Part shown: positions 57,036 to 64,000 of the stretch, one piece after another
Layout of the letters: every line of letters begins with the position of its first letter
How positions within the stretch are numbered: position 1 is the stretch's first letter
IMG/VR virus record: IMGVR_UViG_3300021133_000001
Span: 1 to 64,000 of that record
DNA: 64,000 nucleotides
Direction: 5' to 3' (one strand)
Origin: a virus
Lineage: Duplodnaviria; Caudoviricetes
Translations under genes and position numbers: made by a program
Notes under the pieces: generated by a model
Told to the model about the DNA's origin: nothing
Database searches by the model: none
What the model saw: the letters and a program-made list of their open reading frames with translations, nothing else

Positions 57036-58500
57036 ATATTTTTAATTTAGTATGGCTAAACTCTTCAATATGGTTAGCATTATTTAAGAGCGGCTTACCT
57101 TTAATGTTTAAGCTAGTATTAAGTAAAATAGGACATCCAGTTTTATCGTACCATTTCTTTAGTACTTGATGTATAAAAGGTGTATTAACATCTACAGTTT
57201 GCACTCTAGAACTACAATCTACATGCACTACACCTGGATACAAATCAGGACGTTTGCAAATATGTGTGTATTGCATGTATGGGTAAGAATCGTGTTTACC
57301 CTTATTAACGAACAAATCGTTAAAGTGTTCTTTTAACACGATAGGGGCAAAAGGTCTAAATTTTTCTCTACCTTTTACTTCATTAACAATATCTTTAATA
57401 TTTGATACTCTAGGATCAGCTAATATAGAACGATGACCGAGAGCTCTTGGGCCAAATTCTGCTTTACCGAATATTACCCCAGCCATCTTTTCTTTGTCTA
57501 AATAATCTACTAAATCATCAATATCGACATTAGTACCTGCATCGTGACCGAGATATAAATTATTCATCTCGACTGGTTGACCATAATAAGCTAGTGCTGC
57601 TCCTACTGAGGAACCTGAATCTCCTGGGTTAGGAAATATCCACATATCATCTACTAACTCTAAAAGGTAGCTATTAGCAGTGCAGTTAAGTGTACAACCA
57701 CCTGAAAGTACGAGTTTTGTATAGCCTGTCTTTTTTAAATACTCTTTAGCAATATCTACTACTATATCTTCGTATATTTTTTGAGCTGCTAAAGCTATAT
57801 CAAATTTATTAGCTTCAATTTCTTCTTTAGTAAATAAACCCCTACAACCCCTACGTAAGTCTAATGCTAAGTTACAATCATCATCAAATAGATTTTCTAG
57901 TATGTAGTTATAGTACTTTAAATAATTGGAAGTACCATAAGAAGCCATACCCATCATAATATACTCTTCTTCTTGTGGTTTTAAACCGAGCATATCAGTC
58001 ATAGAAGAATAGAATAAACCTAATGAGTTAGGATAACCGCGAGAGTGAATACATTTATATGTACCATTACTAATGTCCCATACAGATAAGGTTTTAAATT
58101 CGCCTACTGAATCTACTACTAATCCTAATGTTTTATCCGTGTTGAACGGTGCTGTATATAGAGATGCACATAGATGTGATACGTGATGATCTACATACTG
58201 GATTGGTGCATTAACACCATACATATTAAATACGTTCTTAACACTGTAAGGTTGCCATTGCTTATCTACTACTAAGCGTCTTAAAAACTTTTTAAAAGGC
58301 TTTTCGTACCACACAATTACATCTGGTTCTCCATACTCTAATGCATCTGCAATTAACTCTATATTAAAATTAGGATCGTTTTTAACTCGAGAGTAACGTT
58401 CAGCAGAAGATGCAAATACTATTTTACCATCGACAATAACTGCAATTGCTGCATCATGAGATAAACCAGATGCACCCCATATTATTTGGTTTTTTGCCAT
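57019..58500 (-). CDS. Carbamoyltransferase (NodU/CmcH/TobZ family)
   Basis: SHDAA, ERYSRVK, HHVSH, SLGLFY, EFGPRALGHRS, FRPFAP, LLNTSLN. Confidence 0.95.
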   Translation of the reverse strand: MAKNQIIWGASGLSHDAAIAVIVDGKIVFASSAERYSRVKNDPNFNIELIADALEYGEPDVIVWYEKPFKKFLRRLVVDKQWQPYSVKNVFNMYGVNAPIQYVDHHVSHLCASLYTAPFNTDKTLGLVVDSVGEFKTLSVWDISNGTYKCIHSRGYPNSLGLFYSSMTDMLGLKPQEEEYIMMGMASYGTSNYLKYYNYILENLFDDDCNLALDLRRGCRGLFTKEEIEANKFDIALAAQKIYEDIVVDIAKEYLKKTGYTKLVLSGGCTLNCTANSYLLELVDDMWIFPNPGDSGSSVGAALAYYGQPVEMNNLYLGHDAGTNVDIDDLVDYLDKEKMAGVIFGKAEFGPRALGHRSILADPRVSNIKDIVNEVKGREKFRPFAPIVLKEHFNDLFVNKGKHDSYPYMQYTHICKRPDLYPGVVHVDCSSRVQTVDVNTPFIHQVLKKWYDKTGCPILLNTSLNIKGKPLLNNANHIEEFSHTKLKIYGKSS

Positions 58501-58501
58501 T

Positions 58502-59107
58502 TTATAAAATTTGATCAGGTGTTAGCTTTTTAAGAATTAATAACTTATCTGAACTTAGTACTTCAAATTTACCTGCATATAGTCTTTGTAAGAACAGTAG
58601 TGCTTCTTTATAGTGTACTGCAACCCCGCCTAACAAATTAATTTTATGCTCAGAATCATAGTTATTAACAACTAATATACCATCGTCTTTTAAGAGTAAA
58701 CTAAAAGCCATAGAAATGATATTTAATGCATCAATACTATTAGTCGTGTAATTGTAATGTATTACTTTAAATTTGTTCCAGCCAGTTTCTTTAATAGCTA
58801 GTTCACATAGTATATGAGGTATACTACCTTTCATTTTAACTACTCTATGAGACCAACCACTATCTGCAACGTTATAATCGAACTTGCGTTCAATCTCTCG
58901 TTGCCACCAACTGTCAATACTGTATACTTTTGATTTAGGGTGATCTACTAGTGTTTCAGCGAGCCATATAGTTGCAGGACCTTCTCCAGCACCAATATCT
59001 AGTATATTAGTGCGGCTATGAACAAAAGACTCTCTATAAGGTTCATCTAATACTTTTTCCCAAATAGGTAAGTTTTTAGTAAATGTATCTAATGTAAATG
59101 TAGGCAT
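58502..59107 (-). CDS. Methyltransferase-like protein
   Basis: ILDIGAGEG, SIDSW; later motifs degenerate. Confidence 0.7.
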   Translation of the reverse strand: MPTFTLDTFTKNLPIWEKVLDEPYRESFVHSRTNILDIGAGEGPATIWLAETLVDHPKSKVYSIDSWWQREIERKFDYNVADSGWSHRVVKMKGSIPHILCELAIKETGWNKFKVIHYNYTTNSIDALNIISMAFSLLLKDDGILVVNNYDSEHKINLLGGVAVHYKEALLFLQRLYAGKFEVLSSDKLLILKKLTPDQIL

Positions 59108-59108
59108 A

Positions 59109-60947
59109 TTATTGTGGAATTCCTTTCAGTATTGTACCATCTTCACGTCTATCGAAGAAATACTTTTGTATCATCTTTAACCAAGTATCTGGCACGTTCT
59201 TTAATTCAAGTATACCTTTACCGTTAATAAAGATTTGCTTAGAAGGATTATACCAGGTCATTAAGAAAGCTCTATCAACATAGCTACGGTTAAATATATC
59301 GCCGTGCCATTCATGGAAGCAATTGCCTTGTGCATATGTTACTAGCTTTTTAGCACCCTTACCTTCACCAGAACCTACAGGTTTGCCCGCAGCCCAATCG
59401 ATAATGTTATTAACCCACTTGTGGTAAGGGGCAAAGTCTGGACAGTTATTTAAACCTAAACCAATTTCAGAGTGTACAGAAAGAGGTGTTTCAAATATAC
59501 CATACATAAACGCTGTATCTCCATGCCCTAATGGACAATAAGGATATAAGCCACCTATTTCTGGTTGCCACATATCTCTTTGTGCAGCTATACCGAAACC
59601 AGGATGCCCAGTCCAGCGTTCATTATTTGGCGGGAACTTACACATAGCCGGTAACTCTTTACCAATTGTACCTACTTCTGTAGTCCAATAACAATGTTCA
59701 AATACTTGACAAACTTTATGATTATCTAAAGCAAATGATGTTTCATCATACCAAGAATTGTTATCTAAGAATACATCGTGGTCAAACCAAGCTATTTTAG
59801 TGTATTTTTCAGGTACTAACTTTTCTGCTAAATTTAATAAACACTCTTTTTGGAATAAGATATTATACTGATTGCCTTTAATGCGAAGCCAATTGTCATT
59901 ACCTTCTGTACTGAAATGATCAGATAAAGATACTTCAACCCCGTACACCGGAATCTGCAATGATTCCATATAACGTAAAAACCTATTTAAGTTAGCTACC
60001 GGTCTCTTGTAACCAGACCAGTTAAAATGACTTGTAATAACAGCCATATCATTACGGTGACGTAGAGTAGGTTTTTTCTTACGCCATTCTTTAAGAAACT
60101 TAACTTCTAGAGTTTCTAAAGATTTAGCTTGATCACTAAATTTAGCTTCTAATTTTACAAAATGTAAAGCCTCTATCATGTTGTGGTGATCTATATCGAT
60201 TTCGTACCACATTTTTGCTATTTGACCACGTACTTTTTGTATAGGTATATTTTTAAGAATTAACATTCTATACAAATCTAAACCTTCATAACGATTGCCT
60301 ATAAAGTTTTCATCCATACCACCTTCATCTAAAAAGCGTTGCTTTCTATAAACAAAAGAATGATCTCCAAACACTGTTTCAAATTGACCTAACGGGTCAT
60401 TATAATCTATAGTAACTTTTTCTCTATTTAGAATCTTAACTGTAGTCTCTTCATCTAATACTTTACATTGGCTGTAGGGTAATATAAAATCATAAACCGG
60501 GTCAAACCAGGAAAATAAACTGTCCCATTTTGTTAAAGCGCATGGATCGTTAACCCATACCCATTCAGTATTAATATGAAACTGAGTAATATAATTAATT
60601 AAAGCTGTACGATGAAATTCTTTATTAACTCCGTCATCAAACTTTTTAGGCCACATTACATACTCAACATTAGGTAGACCTTTAATTAACTCTGAAACAG
60701 TAGAAGGAGTGGGTGTATCAGTTTGTTCTGCTATTACTACTTTACACCCTGTTGCCGCAATAGACGGCAAAATAAACATGAAATTTTTAAGCGCAGATCC
60801 TTTAAGTTTATAAAACGGTATAACAAAAGTAAAGTCTTTCTTGTCAACTCTGTCAACTTGCTCAGGTTCAGCTGGTTGTAGCAGCTCGAGCTCTATATTA
60901 CTTTTGCTAGAATCTAATAACGCAGGTGTTTCGGTTTTTTCTCTCAT
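59109..60947 (-). CDS. Two-domain glycosyltransferase-like protein
   Basis: N-terminal GT-A-like (FVIPF, GGMDENFIG); C-terminal QKECLLN..KIAWFDHD..GHPGF..GHGD. Confidence 0.65.
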   Translation of the reverse strand: MREKTETPALLDSSKSNIELELLQPAEPEQVDRVDKKDFTFVIPFYKLKGSALKNFMFILPSIAATGCKVVIAEQTDTPTPSTVSELIKGLPNVEYVMWPKKFDDGVNKEFHRTALINYITQFHINTEWVWVNDPCALTKWDSLFSWFDPVYDFILPYSQCKVLDEETTVKILNREKVTIDYNDPLGQFETVFGDHSFVYRKQRFLDEGGMDENFIGNRYEGLDLYRMLILKNIPIQKVRGQIAKMWYEIDIDHHNMIEALHFVKLEAKFSDQAKSLETLEVKFLKEWRKKKPTLRHRNDMAVITSHFNWSGYKRPVANLNRFLRYMESLQIPVYGVEVSLSDHFSTEGNDNWLRIKGNQYNILFQKECLLNLAEKLVPEKYTKIAWFDHDVFLDNNSWYDETSFALDNHKVCQVFEHCYWTTEVGTIGKELPAMCKFPPNNERWTGHPGFGIAAQRDMWQPEIGGLYPYCPLGHGDTAFMYGIFETPLSVHSEIGLGLNNCPDFAPYHKWVNNIIDWAAGKPVGSGEGKGAKKLVTYAQGNCFHEWHGDIFNRSYVDRAFLMTWYNPSKQIFINGKGILELKNVPDTWLKMIQKYFFDRREDGTILKGIPQ

Positions 60948-60999
60948 ACAGGTTATAATATAATTTAACCTATATTAGAGAATTATCAATATGTAAATC

Positions 61000-61266
61000 T
61001 CAATTATAACCAGCAGACTGGAATATCCACCTTAAATCACCACTAGAATCTTTAGATTTATCTTTCGAATTGAAACTTGTATTGTACGTAATAAGATCTA
61101 ACCCGGTACCGTTAACACCATTATAACGCGCATTTAAGTCTTGCGCACCTGAATTAGTATACAAGCCAGTAGCAGCAGCATTTGGACCTGGACGTACGCC
61201 CGTGCCTATTGCTCTAAATATTGTGTCTAGATCTCCGTGACCGCTTACTCCGTAATTTGATGCCAT
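61000..61266 (-). CDS. Small late protein, possibly virion-associated
   Basis: TATAAATA upstream; Gly/Ser/Asn-rich. Confidence 0.65.
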   Translation of the reverse strand: MASNYGVSGHGDLDTIFRAIGTGVRPGPNAAATGLYTNSGAQDLNARYNGVNGTGLDLITYNTSFNSKDKSKDSSGDLRWIFQSAGYN

Positions 61267-61286
61267 GGTTGTATATATTTATAAGA

Positions 61287-61598
61287 TTAAGATGCAGTAT
61301 ATGTACTATATTTTACGTAATTTGGCCAACCTGGTTTAGCAGGATTGTAATACGCTGAAACACCAACTACATTACCAGCTGATAATGTACCAGCAGCGAG
61401 GTTAACAGATGCACTTACACCTGCAACTACCGTATAAACCGCACCAGGTGTACCCCCTGTTGCATTAATAACAATAGGGGTATAGTCTCCAGCATTTAAG
61501 AAAGCAGCACTAACATTACCGCTACCATCATACAAAAATGCTAGTTGGTTGCATGTTAAATTGCCAACTTTATTTACTGGTACTGCTGATAAGCTCAT
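61287..61598 (-). CDS. Small late protein, possibly virion-associated
   Basis: TAAGTA upstream; Ala/Gly/Val-rich. Confidence 0.65.
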   Translation of the reverse strand: MSLSAVPVNKVGNLTCNQLAFLYDGSGNVSAAFLNAGDYTPIVINATGGTPGAVYTVVAGVSASVNLAAGTLSAGNVVGVSAYYNPAKPGWPNYVKYSTYTAS

Positions 61599-61638
61599 TA
61601 TGTATACTTATCCTAAAGACCTTAAATCTGCATTAACT

Positions 61639-61908
61639 TTACTTACTATTTTGCAGTTTTTTACCCTCTGCAGAAACATAGTTTTTCTTAACATTCTCTA
61701 TAGAACCATGCTTAGCAATAAGCTTACGTATATATGCTAAAGATGTGTATTTGTTGGTTTTATTAGTTACAGGGCAAACAAGGTATAAAGGTAGAGGAAA
61801 TCCGCGAGATTCTTCTTTTTGAGCTTTAGTTGCTGCGCGTTTTGCCGATGGAGCACGACGTTTCTTTTCTACTTGTTGTACAGTGGATTGGTTAATTGTA
61901 TCGTCCAT
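61639..61908 (-). CDS. Small basic protein, paralog of 1022-1291
   Basis: Alignment by eye. Confidence 0.8.
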   Translation of the reverse strand: MDDTINQSTVQQVEKKRRAPSAKRAATKAQKEESRGFPLPLYLVCPVTNKTNKYTSLAYIRKLIAKHGSIENVKKNYVSAEGKKLQNSK

Positions 61909-61931
61909 AATATTAAATTTATTAAGTTACT

Positions 61932-62252
61932 TCAAGAATTCAATTTAAAAATAATATTTGCATTCATATTTTGAGATGTCACCTCAGCTTTAGGATAGAA
62001 AGTGAGTACAGTTCTAGTAATATGTTCCACTATTTGTTGTGATCTACCCCATACCTCTAATCCTTGATTTGGCTTATTTTTATTAAGTTTAGAGTAATTG
62101 CACCAGAGTAGTAAATCCGATTCATCTTTCTTAAAGTGCACATCGACATTATTAGTCTTTAACACATGAATCATGTCCGGGTTCGGAAAGTTTTTAGAAA
62201 CTTGTTCGTTTTTTGGTTCGGGTGTAGTTGGTTTTTCGTTTTTGGACTTCAT
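61932..62252 (-). CDS. Hypothetical protein
   Basis: ORF track. Confidence 0.65.
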   Translation of the reverse strand: MKSKNEKPTTPEPKNEQVSKNFPNPDMIHVLKTNNVDVHFKKDESDLLLWCNYSKLNKNKPNQGLEVWGRSQQIVEHITRTVLTFYPKAEVTSQNMNANIIFKLNS

Positions 62253-62272
62253 ACCAACACTTATATTAAGTG

Positions 62273-62896
62273 TTAATTAAATCCAGCAGCATGTAATGCT
62301 TTTAACCCTTTATTCTTATCAATTATATCCATTCTAACGGATTCAGAGTTATTAGGTCTATAATCATACCAATATAACCAACCATCTGCAATCCCCTCAG
62401 TTTTAAGTAAAGGTTTTAAAGCTTGTGAATAGAATTTATCCTCTCCATAATACAAATCAGGAAAAGGGCATTGTAATGCTAACTTTCTTTTAACCGGATT
62501 AATATGGTTGGTAGGTTTAACAACTAAATTGTTATGTGTTTCGTTCCATTGCTTTTCCCCGTACTGCATTGAACATTCAAAATATTTCAAGTCAGTTAAA
62601 TCAGTAGTTTGAAAACCTCTTATACCAACAGTATCTGGGTTGCTCTTTAAAGCTTCAAGCACATTTCGTACATAATAACGACTGATACGATCATCATCAT
62701 CAATATAAACGATGTAGTCACCAGTAGCCGTTTGTTTTAAGATTTCTCTTTTAGCTCCAATAGTAAGTTGGCCGCTATCACAATAAGGTATAAACTGTAC
62801 CTCTGGGGTAAGCTGTCTGTTAATTTTCTTATAAAGAGAATCGAAGAAATGCTTACGAGAAGTAAGCGTACAAACTAATATAGAAAGTTTAGGCAT
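62273..62896 (-). CDS. GT2 glycosyltransferase
   Basis: LSILVCT, IGAKR, YIDDDD, GED. Confidence 0.85.
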   Translation of the reverse strand: MPKLSILVCTLTSRKHFFDSLYKKINRQLTPEVQFIPYCDSGQLTIGAKREILKQTATGDYIVYIDDDDRISRYYVRNVLEALKSNPDTVGIRGFQTTDLTDLKYFECSMQYGEKQWNETHNNLVVKPTNHINPVKRKLALQCPFPDLYYGEDKFYSQALKPLLKTEGIADGWLYWYDYRPNNSESVRMDIIDKNKGLKALHAAGFN

Positions 62897-63425
62897 GTGA
62901 TTTAATTTCGTCTATAATACTATCTATTAACGCATGTGTAAAGCCTTCTTCTTTGTTACCATAAAAAGCAGGCACTTGAACATAACCGCTTCTACCAAAT
63001 CTTTTAATAAAAGTTATCTTTTCAAAGTTATCTTTAACATCTAGATCGTCAATAAGAAAGTTTCTACCATGACCTACACCGGTTGGTATGTTATATTTTG
63101 GTTTCTCAATAAACTTCCTATCAAATATTCTATCTTCATTAAAACCAAAGTTAAAAGCTTTGTTCATTGCTATAGCATAGTCTTTAGTAGCTCTTGTAAG
63201 CATATAAAGTTTACCAAAGTCTCTTAAAGCAAATAACAGGTAATTAGCACCAGGGCGTAATACTGTTACGTATTGTTCTTTCTTGCTTAAAGCAATAGTT
63301 ACAGGTTTATCGCAAAGATTAGATTCATCACCAAGATCTCCTGCAATAGTTTTCATACCAAGGGTATGAATTAAGGTTTCGTCTAAATCGACGAATATGT
63401 TTATTGTTTCAGAGGGCATTGGCAA
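62889..63425 (-). CDS. HAD-superfamily NIF/FCP1-like phosphatase
   Basis: DLDETL (DxDxT), LRPG, T.A..DYA, LIDD. Confidence 0.85.
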   Translation of the reverse strand: MPMPSETINIFVDLDETLIHTLGMKTIAGDLGDESNLCDKPVTIALSKKEQYVTVLRPGANYLLFALRDFGKLYMLTRATKDYAIAMNKAFNFGFNEDRIFDRKFIEKPKYNIPTGVGHGRNFLIDDLDVKDNFEKITFIKRFGRSGYVQVPAFYGNKEEGFTHALIDSIIDEIKSHA

Positions 63426-63946
63426 ATATCGTAATACTTACAACCGTGACAATCATCATCAAGATAGATATGAGGCATTAAACAAGCTTCAGCAGTAGTA
63501 GCTGCTAAATCTGTATACGCTGGTTCGCTTCTAAAATAATCTGGGTTACCAGTCCAAGGATACGTGCGTACTCTCTCTTCTTTACCTTCTTCGTTGATTA
63601 CAACTACTGAAGTTTCTGCATGAGAAGCCAGCCTCTTTTTACGCTCTTTTTTAGGCATATTAGGGTGCTTCTTAAGCTTAACATTAATCTTTGGCAGCTT
63701 ATTATTTTTACATTTAGAAGCTAGATCTCTAATCTGTTCTTTTGAGTAACCAGCTTCAAGATACTTCTTAGTTTCTCTTGTAATGTACTCATTAACAAAC
63801 CTTTCAACACTGCCACCGTATTTCTCGGTGACAGTCTTTTTGAAGTAGTCAATAGGAGCAAACGTTTTATGTCCAGAGATATGATCTACTGGATAAACGT
63901 ATTTGCCGTCTTTAGATACGGCTATAAGATTAGTATCAATGTTCAT
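63401..63946 (-). CDS. Hypothetical protein, distant relative of the 1022/61639 family, with C-terminal Cys cluster
   Basis: KYGGSVERF.NEYITRE segment; C...CHGC..YDICQC; promoter TTGCAT-N17-CATACT. Confidence 0.7.
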   Translation of the reverse strand: MNIDTNLIAVSKDGKYVYPVDHISGHKTFAPIDYFKKTVTEKYGGSVERFVNEYITRETKKYLEAGYSKEQIRDLASKCKNNKLPKINVKLKKHPNMPKKERKKRLASHAETSVVVINEEGKEERVRTYPWTGNPDYFRSEPAYTDLAATTAEACLMPHIYLDDDCHGCKYYDICQCPLKQ

Positions 63947-64000
63947 AGGTACAGTATGGTACCTTAACTGTTAATATGCAAGCTTATTGTATAGGTGTTT

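Noticed and set aside
1-64000. CRISPR array, rRNA, integrase/transposase, alternative genetic code
   Set aside because: No repeat-spacer periodicity or such motifs; genes tile well under the standard code with all three stops used

Overview
This AT-rich window is part of a large tailed-phage genome. It uses T4-like late promoters TAA(A/G)TA placed just upstream of start codons plus sigma70-like promoters, and is mostly minus-strand coded. No core replication or capsid genes, tRNA, rRNA or CRISPR array were recognised. The host is probably a diderm, given the autotransporter, CsgG/CsgF and lipoprotein genes. Layout: (1) 1-3400, an early-type region of small genes. It opens with a block whose + strand has one G in 744 nt and which encodes four small minus-strand genes with essentially cytosine-free mRNAs; one has a normal-composition paralog at 3235-3384. 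(2) 7.7-32 kb, 38-45 kb and 53-63 kb, a very large modification island: 6 radical-SAM enzymes, 8 SGNH-like proteins, 4 GT10/exostosin-like proteins, several GT2s, methyltransferases, a sulfotransferase-like protein, an APS kinase/nucleotidyltransferase fusion, Glf, RmlD-like and His-type PLP sugar enzymes, and a carbamoyltransferase. (3) Exported proteins (glycine zipper, FG-GAP, Thr-rich autotransporter) and an Ala-rich coiled-coil gene with a clear -1 frameshift signal at its stop. (4) 45.4-51.8 kb, a CsgF-CsgG-curlin-like-FecR-CHASE2/adenylate cyclase cluster with a divergent cNMP-binding membrane protein. All family calls are from motif recognition by eye; no searches were run.
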